A DNA stretch of 64,000 nt, taken from NCBI GenBank assembly GCA_004764695.1, contig SMSO01000025.1:186001-250000 (forward strand). The letters run 5' to 3'. Of the stretch, positions 33,486 to 45,964 are shown piece after piece; within the stretch, counting starts at the first letter, position 1; each line of letters starts with the position of its first letter. The notes under the pieces were generated by a model. It made no database searches and was not told where the DNA came from. It saw only the letters and a program-made list of their open reading frames with translations. Source of the stretch: Schizochytrium sp. TIO01 (Eukaryota > Protista > Bigyra: Labyrinthulomycetes). A program made the position numbers and the translations under genes.

Positions 33486-36400
33486 ATGGGCGTGCACGGC
33501 TTGTGGCGCGTTCTGGCGCCTGTAGGTCGTCGCGTGGACGTACAGACCCTTCAGGGTAAAATTGTGGCGGTGGATGCGAGCATTTGGCTCACACAGTTTA
33601 TCAAGGCTATGCGGAAGCCGCGAAGACGGTAGGATGATTCATAATGCGCACATCTTGGGATCTCTACGGCGCATTCTTAAACTGCTCGCCAATAAGATCA
33701 AACCTCTCTTCGTATTTGACGGCGGCGTGCCAGTTCTTAAACGTAGGATTCGCGAAGCTCGTCGTGCTAAGGCAGATTTCAACGAACGTATGCTCAAGCG
33801 AGCAGCCCAGAAACTGCTCTTAAACCAGATGCTCCTTCGTGAGGTCACTCAGGCCCAACAGGCGCACAAGAAACAGGTCCTGCCCAGTGACGCGCGCAAG
33901 ACACCAGTCTCTGGGGCTGATAGCGACTTTGTTATGCCCAAGGCAGGGCCATCTTCAAAGCAAGGGCAAAACTCCAGTACATCTTCATCTTCATCTTCAT
34001 CGTCATCTACCTCCGCTCAGAATGCTGAAGGCAAACACGATCTAAATACGGCCGCCATTAATACTAGTATAAAACCCCGAGGAGCTGAAAGTGACGAGGA
34101 CGATGAAGATGATGAGGACCTCCCCCTGGGAATCTCATGGTCTGAGACCGGGTCAGCTCAACGTGGACAGGCGACAAGTAGCGTGTCAAGCAAACCAACG
34201 AAGTTCGATTTTGCTGGAGACATTGAGGCTGTGTCGGGTCAGGCTGACACGCAAGCTGACAAAAAAGCCAAACAAAATGATGGAAATGATGAGGATGATA
34301 TTTTTGCTGATATTTCTGATCAGGTGGAAGACATCATTGCCCAACTGCCCATGGGTCCTGATGGAACCGTTGATATTTCATCAATTGGGGTTCTTCCCAA
34401 ACGACTACAGTTCGAGGTCATTGCGTTGCTTAAAGATAAGCGTAGACAACGCGAGTCGAAGCGCAATGAGTTTATTCCGGTTGCTGGTGACCCACGTCAG
34501 TACTCGGCAATGCAGCTTACTCACTTTCTCAAAGATGTCAATTTAAAGAAGCGGCTAGACCACGTGGAATCCAGTTTGGCCAAAGCGTCGGGCGATGGTA
34601 AGCGAATTGCCTCTGATGCAAGGGTGCAGTATGTCTTGAAAGATTCTGAAACGAATAAGACTCCAACGGTGACCCCAACTCATCAAAAGTCTGCGAAGGC
34701 TGGAATATTTGCTAATCTGACAGTTGCTAATGAGTCAACGCTGCAAAAAATTCTCGCTCAAAAACCAGGACGGAATTCAGAGGCATTTTTTGAGATGCAG
34801 AAAAATGCAGCAGCCGCCGCGAAAGGATTTGCCGAGGATGATGACGAGGCACTCTCCAAAGCAATGAATACGGCCTCTCATTTGACCTCCTGGGCTGCGA
34901 ATGCTGTACGAAGTGCTGTTCGGAAGCGGAAAGCTGCTGCAGCAGCTTTAATGGTCTCCAACCCTACACAAAACGAAGAAACCAACGATACGTCTTCCTC
35001 GTCTTCTACCTCCCAAAACGCGCCTGTAGTTCTCCGCAATGGAAAGGCTCAAAGGATAGATCTAGATAGCGATTCGGACTCGGATGACTCAGACTTCGAG
35101 ATTATCGCAGAAACGAAACAATCTGCTAAGACTCGCAAGGTAATGATGGATGATGATGATGCTGATGGTGATGAAGTTCGTTTGGGTAAAATGGAAAATG
35201 GTCAATTTGTTCAGGACGCGTCTAACTTGAGCACGCCCGTCGACCTTGTCCAGAGCGATAATGAGGGAAAGACATCGATTTGCCAAACCTCTACTAGTCA
35301 GCAGGTTAATCTTGCTAGCAGTGATGATTCTGATATTGAACATGTATCATCACCAAAATATTCTGCTCAAACGAATCACTCATCGACTCATTCTACGACT
35401 AATGCAAACATGAACCAAAACACTTTTCCGCAGCAGTCTAAGGCTGATTTGAAAGAGTCTCATACTGAATCAATTCGTACAAAGGATGAATTGGGGGAAG
35501 ACAGTAGATCTGATTCTTCTCTGCAAAAAATCAAAACTGGTAACGCTGTTGACCTTGAGGACTCTTCATCAGACGATGACGATGATTTTCTAGACTCTAT
35601 TCAATTTGAAGAGACTCCTAATGCACCACCTGCGCCGCAAGCATCTCTGAAGGAGTCTCCGAAGATTAAACCTGTAATGCTGCGTCTTCCGACAGAACAT
35701 TTTGCTTACCTTAAAACAAGCTCTGTAGTGGCTTCTCAGCCTCAATTGTCTCGTATGGCTTCATCCACAGAGTACGTGAAAGAAGTTGGTTCTCTTAGAC
35801 ATGCCGCAAATGCTGGTTATATAAATACTATTGCTACCTCTGCTGCCCCCCCTGGATCACTGAACACATGTGATGAATCGATCTCTCGCGAAGTTGAAAT
35901 GAAAGAGCCAATAGAAGTTAACGATACGCCTGGCCAGACAATTCCAAGTCCACAACCTGCAAGTTTAGAAGTGGACAAGCCAAAACGCGATTCTGAGGAG
36001 GACGTCATAATTGAGGAGGACGAGGTAGAGAGAAAAGAGAAGGACGTCAATCAAGACGTTGTAGAGCATGGTGCTCCAAAGCACAGTCAAGATGAAATTG
36101 CTGTTGTTATCAACAAACAAGAGGAAGCCGAAACGCCAGAAAAGGATCAATCCGACATGACTAGCGCCCAGTATGGTGAAGAATTACTTGATTCGCTAGA
36201 GGATGTCGAACTTCCTGACACGCAGCGGGCAAAAGATATGGATAGCTTGAATATCATTGAGAACCAGGACATTGAAGAGATTCCAGATTCTCCTGATGCA
36301 GACCTCAATGCTGATCCCAGTGCGGAATTTGCAGAAGATATTGCTGCCGCGGATGCTGCAGCCAGAGTTTCCGCGGAGCAAACTCGTGTTGCTGCTTTGA

Positions 36401-37395
36401 GTGAATCCAAAGAAGAGCGTGACGCGAGACTCAAGGCTGCTCGCAAATCCCTCGTGCAAGAATCTGAGTCACTTGCAAAAGTTAGATACGCTGCACAGCG
36501 CGATTCAGAAACAGTTACACCGGCCATGCTTGAAGATGTCAAAGAATTATTAAAGCTCTTTGGCTTGCCTTATGTCGAGTCGCCAATGGAGGCAGAAGCA
36601 CAGTGTGCCGAGTTGGAGCTAGCAGGAATTGTAGATGGAGTCGTGACAGATGACTGTGATGCATTCCTGTTCGGGGCCCGGAATGTGTACAAGAATATAT
36701 TTGATGACCGCAAGTACGTCGAGGTGTACAAGGTTCCTGACGTAGAACAGGAACTTGGTCTCGATCGAAAGAAGATGATTTACATGGCTTTACTTTTAGG
36801 AAGTGACTACACCACAGGTATCAAAGGTATTGGTGTCGTGAATGCGTCAGAAATTGTTCATGCATTTAATGATTTGTCAAAGTTTCGCAAGTGGGTCAAC
36901 TCGCCATCCGAACTTGACATAAATGAGGAAGCACATGATGACACGCCATCTCAACGAGAGTTTAAGCGCACACATCGAAAGGCAAAGGATAAGTGGGTAG
37001 TCCCGGAGCAGTTTCCTCCACAACAAGTAATTGAAGCATATGAGAAGCCCGTGGTCGCATCTCTACCGAAGGATTTCCGCCTTGAATTTCAGGAAATCCA
37101 AGAAGACAATATTCGTAGGTATCTTTTTGCAAAGCTTGGCTGGAGTGAATCAGATACCAATGCGCAGATTTCGCGACCCTTGCAGGCTTTCCGCGAGCGG
37201 AATGTTCAATCCACATTAGATTCTTTTGTTGTTTCTTACCGTGATGAGGCGCGTTTTGCAGCTGTGCGCTCCAAACGACTGCAGAATGTTATATCTGATA
37301 TGAGCAAACAAACTAAAGGCAAGCGCAAGGTTCGGTTTGTGAATTCTGTGGGCATTGAGGTTGACAAAACAAACAAGAAGAAACAAAAGCAATAG
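33486..37395 (+). CDS. ERCC5: XPG/RAD2 (ERCC5/UVH3) structure-specific NER endonuclease, with a +1 frameshift at ~33610-33625
   Basis: XPG-N: MGVHGLW...[16 protein letters not shown] / [29 protein letters not shown]. Long acidic spacer. XPG-I: [24 protein letters not shown]...[13 protein letters not shown]...[21 protein letters not shown]-box-like QSTLDSFV and a basic C-terminal NLS. Confidence 0.93.
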
Positions 37396-37828
37396 GTGAA
37401 GTATGATTCTTGTATCTAATAGAAATTAGTGTTATCCTCATGTCCTCTCACTTAATCTGGCTCGGGTTTCTTCTGCAGGAAACCTCATTATTCACTTTTC
37501 AAGGAGTCGTAAATCAGCTTGCTACCGTCGGTAGAGAATGCCCAAGGTTTGTCACTGTAATATGGTGGGCATACTCAATCTTGATAAATTGTGCAAAAGA
37601 GAAAAAAGAAGGAAGAGAGGAAGAGACAGATTCATTAGACATTCGTTGTTTAGGTGATGCTGCCTCGAAGAGTTTGCCAAAAGTTTCTACTAAACATCTT
37701 TCTATAGTCTTTGGTACTGACCTGATGCCTTGCGTTTCCCTCTTCCCAACTATGTACATATATATTAAATGTTCATGTGCGCACGTACATATCCTGTAGG
37801 CGCAATTTTATAAAGAACAGAAGCAGAG

Positions 37829-39538
37829 TTACTTCGCGTTCACATAAGATGAGATGCTAGCAAGAGAGATAGCAAAGGCCATTGCGGGAGACATAGGTTC
37901 CCTAAAGTAGCAATTGAAGGTTCGTTTCGAGGTCTTTCCCAAGACAAAGATGTCCTCACCGGAGCGGTCCTCCGGATTATGAAGAATTGTGTTTTTAACA
38001 CTGCTTGCGAGGGCCATGCCTCGGAAGTCGGCCAATCTAGGTAGGTATGACACACGGTCCGGCATATGGTTTGCGAGCGGAAAGACAGTGTGGTCACCCT
38101 GTGCAAGGCGTTCGAACATGAGTTCCTTCTTGGAAAGAGGTCTGCGGTTGTGGCCCATGGCTGGAATGCATGCACGAAGTTTACGGCGATATTGGTCACC
38201 GGACTGCTTGTCGATTCGAATTGCGCCAAGTTCACGGCGAGCATGCATAGCCCCGAGCGCCTTGGATGGGTTGAGGCCAGTGTCAAAAACCTCAAAAGAA
38301 GAGCCATTCACATTGGACTTCATTTTTGCAATAAACGTGTCTTGTGTCCTCACCGCGGAAGCCTTTGCTTTGCCCGACTTTTGAGAGGACCAAGATCCAT
38401 AGCGGGAACCCATGCTTTGGAGAGAATTTCCACCCTCAACTGCGCGAGGTGCATAGCTGATTGCCCACTGCATCGACGTCGTAAGACGCTTAAGACCGTC
38501 TGTCCGCTTGAAGGCAGTCATGAGACGCATACCGTTGGATTGGTTGATAAACGTCCACACTTTCTCAGTGTTGTCGAACATGATGACGCACTTAACTAAC
38601 TTCTCGCTCTCCAAAGGTGAAAGCAAAAACTCCTTGAGAACTGTCTCGCTGGCAAAGGAATCAGGGATCGCTTGACCGAGACAGCCGTCGTCAAAGACAA
38701 TTGAGCACCCATCCTCATCGTCAAGATCGCTGTCCTCATCATCATCTTCGTCGTAGTCATCTTCCTCGGTAGAACGTGTCGCGCTATCGTCACATTTACG
38801 TTCAACGCCTGACTTGGAGGAATAGCTCTCACCAAGGAAAGGATCCCATGTTGACGACCCTGCTGGATCAGAGATCTCTGTGAACTCTGTGCGGGCTGAC
38901 GGCATGCCAAAGGAACCTGTGTAAGAATCAGGTCGAAAGAGGTCGTTCGGAGACGAAGAGCCGAACTGGCTTTGAGGCGAGTAGTTCGTGGCGCTGTTTG
39001 AGCTGCTGTACATGTCTGGGCTTTGCATGGAGGTCATGGAAGGCATAGATGCGTAGTGGGTAGAATTCATGCTATTGGGGCTGTACTGCTGTGAGTACAT
39101 GTCCATGGTAGGCATCGCAGACTCGAAAGGCTGCAATTGCTGCTGTTGCTCCTGCATTTGGCCAGTGTAAGAGGCCCTCCTTGCGGGCGGAGCACGCCTC
39201 GGTGCAGGTCGAGCTGGCGTTGGCGCGGCGCTCGAGGTGGATCCAGGAAATGCCGCTGGTGCTGCGCTGTAGTGTGGAGCGGGTTGTCTCGCTGCGGACG
39301 GGCCTGCCATGGTGGATGCGAGATGTGCCTTGAAATGAGGATCAACCTCAGATTTACTCACAAGCGAGAGCTCTGCGAACGCGTTGTCAAAAGGGTTCCG
39401 AGGGTCAGCTCCTTTGATTGTCTCTGGCATGGGTGTGTTGTAGTTCACCATGCCTGAGGAGTGCTGACTGTCCGCGATGGGGGCGTTCCACGTGCCACGG
39501 AAGTGGTCACGCACCTCGCCGCCTGGTACCGAGTACAT
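37829..39538 (-). CDS. Tubby-like protein (C-terminal Tub domain)
   Basis: FIAKMKSNVNGSSFEVFDTGLNP..RRELGAI..RKLRACIP..DFRGMALASSVKN..FVLGK..FNCYFREPMSPAMAFAISLAS is the Tubby signature. Low-complexity N-terminus. First ATG at 39538; the upstream part of the ORF is a GCAA repeat. Confidence 0.88.
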   Translation of the reverse strand: MYSVPGGEVRDHFRGTWNAPIADSQHSSGMVNYNTPMPETIKGADPRNPFDNAFAELSLVSKSEVDPHFKAHLASTMAGPSAARQPAPHYSAAPAAFPGSTSSAAPTPARPAPRRAPPARRASYTGQMQEQQQQLQPFESAMPTMDMYSQQYSPNSMNSTHYASMPSMTSMQSPDMYSSSNSATNYSPQSQFGSSSPNDLFRPDSYTGSFGMPSARTEFTEISDPAGSSTWDPFLGESYSSKSGVERKCDDSATRSTEEDDYDEDDDEDSDLDDEDGCSIVFDDGCLGQAIPDSFASETVLKEFLLSPLESEKLVKCVIMFDNTEKVWTFINQSNGMRLMTAFKRTDGLKRLTTSMQWAISYAPRAVEGGNSLQSMGSRYGSWSSQKSGKAKASAVRTQDTFIAKMKSNVNGSSFEVFDTGLNPSKALGAMHARRELGAIRIDKQSGDQYRRKLRACIPAMGHNRRPLSKKELMFERLAQGDHTVFPLANHMPDRVSYLPRLADFRGMALASSVKNTILHNPEDRSGEDIFVLGKTSKRTFNCYFREPMSPAMAFAISLASISSYVNAK

Positions 39539-39557
39539 CCTTCTCTCGTGCTCCTTC

Positions 39558-39630
39558 GCTTGCTTGCTTGCTTGCTTGCCTGCTTGCTTGTTTGCTTGCC
39601 TCTTGGCTTGCTTGCTTGCTTGCTTGCTTG
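39558..39630. repeat. Imperfect (GCTT)n microsatellite just upstream of the Tubby-like start
   Basis: Read directly. Confidence 0.85.
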
Positions 39631-42600
39631 GCAAAGTCGAGTGGTCTCTCAAGTATTAGGTGTTTGCCCACTTCTTCTTCTTCTTGTTGTGCTTGTGTTG
39701 ACCTAGCAGTTCTCGGCAGAACTCGCTACTAGTGCCCAGTCTATAGGCCTGATTCCTCCCTTCTGTTATGTTATGCCTTCTGTTACACGGACCGTTGTTG
39801 TGCTCGAGTCCCAAGCAAAGCCGGCCTGCCACGGGTACTTTCGCTTCTTCCCAAACCGTGATCAAGGAAGAAGAAGCAAGCCTCCCGCGCTGCTTGCTTT
39901 CACAGACAGACAGTCAGACAGTCAGACAGTCAGTCAGCCAAGTTGATTTCCTGGAAGGCACGCGAGTGTCTGTCTTTTCGGGGTAAGAGTCGGTAGGCGC
40001 CGTCTACTGTCCTGGCAGCACGAGGTACTGCGTATGTCTGTGCTCAGGTCTACCTGCGGAGTGAAACCCTCTCCGCACAGAGCCCAGCGTACAGCCAGCA
40101 CTCCAGATACAGTCAGTCTCAGCCGCAGGCCGAGGGTGCACAAGGTGCCAACCAACCTTGATCTTCTGCAGACCAGTGTGCTGCAGCGTTCGACTTTCCG
40201 TCTTCCCTCGAGTCAAGGAGGAGTCAAGTCGTCAACTCAAGTCCAGCGAGCGAACTTGGAGATCGATCTTGCTCGCTCGCTCGGTCCAGCCCAGTCCAGG
40301 CAGCCAAATCTGGGCCAGCCACAGAACTCCAGGCTGAGCGGCAGAGCCACGCCGTGGCCTTCTTCTCGCTCTGTGCGTCAACTTCGTTCGAGCAGCTTGC
40401 CGCCCTTTCTCTGAAAGGAGACGGTTGTTGTTGTTGTTGTTGTTGTTGTCAAGCTCAAGCTCAAGCTGCTCGAGGTTTCTGAAGCGGGCCGTGGTCCAGG
40501 ACTACAGGCGGCCGAGACGACCTCCTCGAAGCCCTCGTGCACAGAGCCGCAGCGCCTCGAAGAAGCGAGCGAGGAGCAGGAAGTCCAACTTGAGCGCCGC
40601 AGGATTGATTGACAGTGGGACTTTGGGTCTCGACGAAGAAGAACCCGACTAAGTCTGCCACACCTACGGAGCGACAGGCGCCTTCAGAGGACCAGGGGCA
40701 AGTGCGGGAGGACGCGGGCGGGTCTGGGGCGAGCGCGGCGGTCCGGCCTGTTGCGAGTTTGCTGATTCGAGTTTGCGGATTCGAGTCTTCGCGACGCGGC
40801 GCAGAAACGAGAACTTCAAGATCTTCAAGTTCGAGCCTCGAAATTTGTTTTGTGTCACCTTTTTTACTTATTTATTTGTTTAAAAATTTTAAATCCCAAA
40901 CTAATAAAATTAAAGAAATCAAGTTTACTCTATGTTCCGCAAACTCTAAAAACTGAAGTGTGAAGAAAAAACGGAAAGCAGAAGCCCTACTTGAAAATGC
41001 CGAGTTCTTGCGCGTGTAGGCTCTATTTCTGCTTGATTACGCCTTCCTTTTGAAGGTCTACCCAATTTGCCGCCTGCGATAACTGCGCCTCCTCCTTGGA
41101 CGTCATCTTATCATTCGACCACCGTTTGCTTCTTCAACTAACTTCAGGCAGTACTTATTTATTTCTTTTGCAAGGTGTAGTACAGTGTACCAATTATCCA
41201 ATTTCTTCTTAATTATATCTTTTTTAAAAAAAGAAAAAAAGAAAAAGAAAATGGTTAAATCTTTCTTTCGTTCTTGAAAGACTATGAATATCTTCTTTTT
41301 CTTCCTTTTCCTTTCTTCCTTTAATCTTTTTTTTTTTTTTTTCCTCTTTTGCTTTCAGAACTTCGAGTTAGTTACACAACTCGAGACCCCTTTTCACAGT
41401 CGCTGATATCGGATTCACTCCAACGTAGCTCTGCCACGTCTCCTCCACCAGGCCCCTCAAACAGCCAGTTTCCCCACAAGCCCGAAAGCTCCTTTCCCTG
41501 AATCCCATTCAGCTTTGCCAACTTTGCCAACTTTTTGCCAACTTTTCCATTAAATAGGTACCTTTCGCTCTTCCATATTCTTTCTTAAAAAGATGGCCCA
41601 CAAGATGGGAACGTGCTCCACTGCCTTAAAGAACCCCAGTGTGACTCCTCACTACAAACCTCTTTTTCACGCCAGTGTGCCGTGAGGAAAGGTCTCACCG
41701 TTTGGCGCCTCAAAGGAGGGAGCACTTTTGAGGGGTTTGAGTGGAAGAAGCTAAGTTTGGCGCCAGTGGGCCCCCCCACAAGGGTGGAGACACGAAGCCA
41801 GTGGGACCGGGCGGACACCCGTAAGAAGTTCTATTCGTGTTTCATGATGGCTCTAAAGCGCATTTTGAGGGAATGCGCTTCAAGCAGAAAATGCGCTTCA
41901 AGCTCAAGGAGGATCCAGCTTCTTCAAGGCAAACTTGGAGACGAACTTGAAGACGAACTTCAAGCTCAAGGTAAAGCCAGGCTCAAGCTCGATCAGCTTC
42001 AGCTGGCGCTCGTAGCAGAGTCCACCTATGATTTGCACAAATCCTGCTTCTCAGTCAGTCACCCAACTCGAGGCCTGAAGAGGAAGGACTCTGGCCATGG
42101 CGATCGACTTGTGCAAAGTCGCAGACTCTCGACGCAAGTTTCCGTCGTCGTCGTCATCATCATTGTTGCGGATGGTGGTTCGTGAAGGCTGTTCAGAACT
42201 CCCAAATGTCGGAGCACCGGTTTGCAACCAAAACCGATAACCCGCGCTGCTGAGTGAGTGAGTGAGCGATTGCGTGGTACCAGAGCTCCTTCGCCTTCGA
42301 GGCCAGCGACTTGGCTGAGGTCTACAAGGATACAGCCGGCGGCATGTGCTAGTTTCCTGGGAGCGGCTCTCCTTGGTCTCGCGTGGTTTCCACCCAGACT
42401 TGTGATGAGGAAACCAAGCTCGCCTTTCGTGGGCATCGCGAGCGAGAACTTCGCCAGAGCTTTGTAGACCCCTGCGAGGGCGTCCAACTGACCATCGCGA
42501 TGATCAGCTTCTTCTGATCCAAGGCTGAGGCGTTGGTAAGGTGCATAAAGGCGGCCTCGTCTACGAGTCGGAAACGCCATGCTGCTGCTGCTGCTGCTGC

Positions 42601-43404
42601 TGGTGGTGGTGATGATGATGATGATAGGGATAAGGACAATTCAGGCCATTTTAAAGCACCTTTCAACGCAGGTTGACTGAAGCCGCTGGGTATTTTGCGG
42701 TGTGCTTTTGCAAGAACATGAACAAAGCTCCAACATGCTGCAAGATTTATGCTCATGACATTTAGAATCGCCACGCTCTGGTCGCAAGTGCAGTTCGTTT
42801 AGAATCATCGAGCACGGTGCTTTGTGGTGGCCAGAGCAGATCTTGAGACCACTCCACGCAATTCAGATTACTCACCTTCGCGAGGACTTTGAGATTCTTC
42901 GAGAGAGACTTACAGGGATGCAAATATGTACATGTATATATATATATATAGACTCATGGAATTACAGGGATGGATAGGATAGACACAGCTGCGAAGCTTG
43001 AGGGCTATCTGTGTTCCAGTAAAAATGATGAAAACTGTGCTGCAGATGTGTTCGTATGCAAGCACACAAGTCTTGCACGAGGTTTTCAATCGACCTAGAG
43101 CTCGAGGGGAACGTGCAGGTTTTGGGGACTTGGTTTCTGCGGCTGTGTACAACTGTCCGCCTCCATCAGGGAAGTGCAAACTGACCCAGAAGCGAATCCA
43201 GACTGTCGAATGCCCCTTGGGGTCAAATTGATGCACGGAAACTTGCTTGTTTGCTGCCAATAGCCGGCCGGCAGTGACTGAAGAACTGGCTAAGCGATTT
43301 GGACAACCAATCGGTCTTGGCGAGATGCTTAGTTCACTGAGCACGAATCATGATAGAAGGATGTTTTAATTTTTAATTATAAAAAAATTAAAAAATTATG
43401 TTCC

Positions 43405-43405
<1 letters not shown>

Positions 43406-43448
<43 letters not shown>
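43406..43448. repeat. (TTTC)n microsatellite
   Basis: Read directly. Confidence 0.85.
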
Positions 43449-43449
<1 letters not shown>

Positions 43450-43923
43450 TTTCATATTATTATATGATATAGCTCCTATATTGATATGGCTTAGTGATTG
43501 CATACTCTTCGGTGCGCCGTACGAAACTAGTGGCACGAGGCTAAAGCCTGCCTGATTCATGTTCAACTGTGACATGCTGCTTGATAACACTACTCGACGA
43601 AATCAGGAATCGGGTAAACGGATGATTATTGAATAGGCAAGGTAATATGGAAAAGTCAAACACAAAGCATATCCCTTTCATCTATAATGGCTAAAGTTAT
43701 TCTTCTCTACTGAAAGTTGCATTCGTACTTGCTTTGTTTGTGTGTTAATCTTGTTACCCTTTTGCTAATTTTATTACCATGACCTAAGACCAACTAGGCA
43801 AAGATAATCACCATGGCTAAAAGTATCAAAAGAAAGAGACACGATAGGTACTTGCAGATTTCACCGATCATCATGTGCAACAACCACTGAAAGGTACGAT
43901 TTATCATGCAGCGAAGCCCAACG

Positions 43924-44853
43924 TTACTTGACATCATCCTCAGCATCTTGTTCATCTTCAACGAAAGACTCTCTTGGAACAGCGGATGCGGAAGCTGCTC
44001 CACCTTTACCTTTGATTTTTGCTAATTTCGCCAGTTGCTCTTCACTTAGCTTGGGGCGTGCACTTGAAGCCTTAGCCCCAGATTTACCTTTACTTTCTGC
44101 TGTAGCAGGTGTTTTGCTTTTGGCATTTCCAGAACCGTCACTAGTGACATCTTTTGGTGCAAAGGAGCCGCCTAGCCTAGCAGCTCGGTTAATATAACCG
44201 GGAATCCCACGATTAACTAGTTTACGCACAAGAGCATCTGTAAAGTGGTTCTACGACACGCGTTGAGAGATAGACTCACGAGGGGCGGCATTATTCCAGT
44301 CTTACAGAATTAGTTCCTTACGTTTTCTCGTTATTCAAAACCATGCAAAGCTGCATTTTTGTTCCAATCTGCATTTATAACGTACGCAATTTTGGGTCAC
44401 AAGGTTGTATGAACCAGGTGCAAACTGAGCTCGTAGCTGGCCCACTGCAGCATTTACCTCTGTCATAGAGTCTATCTGTGAAGTCATAATGAGCTCAGTT
44501 ACGAGGCCTGTCTGTTAGAATTCTTTGTTTTAGTGAATCCAAAAGAAGCGTCGCCTTTCTTACCTCGCCAAAATCAATAGTTTCCTTAAAGACCGCCTCT
44601 TCTCCAGCCTGCAGCGGTGAATGATAAATCACTCCTGCATTGGAGAACGTGTATTCTCGTGAGCCAATCTGAACGCCCGTGTGGTCTGTGTTTGTTGGAC
44701 ACACCATCGCTTTCGTCTGGTTAGTGAGCCCGCGCAATCGTTGTTTTTCGCTCTCATGACCCGGATTCATAACTTACACACGCCAAGACCGAGCCAACTT
44801 GTGTACCGCGTCACCTTCGAGGCGATGTCGTAGACGTTCACTTTGACCTCCAT
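43924..44853 (-). CDS. DeSI/PPPDE family (peptidase C97) deSUMOylase/deubiquitinase, 4 exons (44853-44778, 44685-44564, 44475-44386, 44250-43924), 204 aa
   Basis: Splicing three GT-AG introns (92, 88, 135 nt) restores MEVKVNVYD..GLGVYHTGVQIGSREYTF...SYNLVTQNCNHFTDAL...IPGYINRAA, with catalytic His (YHTG) and Cys (NCNHF). Confidence 0.92.
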
Positions 44854-45964
44854 GGTATTCCCTGTGAGTAACTCAGCGCCAGGGTTCTGAAAGTGGACAG
44901 TAGAGTAGGTGTGCTCGTAGGAGTCGAAAGCAAGGGATTCCTTTAACAATATATTTTTTTATATTTAATATAGGTTTATTAGTACTAGAATCACTTATCA
45001 GGTTACTATGACGGAGGTTTCTCTTCAACTTAGCCTATTTTGGGGTAGGCCCAGTCTAGTTGTTGAGGCCATGCTTGTGCTGAGTTCAAGTTTACTGTCC
45101 CAGGCCAGTTTTTTTCAGTCAGCTTTTAGGAGCGGTTTTGACTGAAAAAAGTAAATTGAAGAAAGCACGAGTACAGCTTCGTTAAATTTGCTTTCACTTA
45201 TTGTTGGGTGTACATCCAGCAAGACACGATTCAAGGCTTCGGGGAGAAGTTTATTCTGAAAACTAAAGAGTTCACAAGCGCGTTGCTTAGGGAGAGAGCT
45301 TTGAAGATCTCGCTTTTCTATCACACGTTATACGACGAGAGAATGTTGTTAAAGCCGCTTTATGAGATAATTCATAAAATCAAATCAATTCTATTTATGC
45401 CTATGGGGTAAATTTGAATACAGTGTTGCATTCATCACTGAATTGCTACTCTAGCCATCGAAAGTTGAGCAATATGACAACCTTGAACACGTTCTTCGCA
45501 TCTTCAGGAACTACAACCACAGCATGCATTGTTCAAGGAATAGATGGCGCCTCTCAGCAATTCATGTTATGGTTTGTATACGAGTCGCCAGTCTGAATAG
45601 AGTAATTTCATATAATAATAGCTCTGGTGATGCTGACTCATGTTTACATGGTGCATCGCAATATGCAAAACACCTGGAATGCATTGAGATTTTATGGATG
45701 AATTTATCATGAGAAAATATGAGAACGCTACTCTCGGATTTGATGTGATGGTATTAGTGGTTTCAACTCATCAAATGTGTTTATTGCGGAAGTCCAACTT
45801 GCAACTTTCAGTATTGAATTGATGTTTTTCTTCCTTGCAAGAGTAAGCCAAATTGTGCTTTAAATTCTTACACGATAGTTCCCTTTTTGAAAGAAATTGA
45901 AAGGATGGATGAAAACTTATGATATGTCAAATGGGGTTAGATGGAAGCAGGTTCGTGAGTTTGC

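Noticed and set aside
7685-37395. NER gene cluster (XPA-like array plus XPG)
   Set aside because: The XPA resemblance is weak and limited to a small segment, and XPG sits among unrelated housekeeping genes.
39700-43350. Possible genes among ORFs 40034-40414, 41613-42185, 42059-42580 and 42349-42774
   Set aside because: No consistent strand, start or splice model and no recognisable motif. Left uncalled, though a spliced or decayed gene cannot be excluded.
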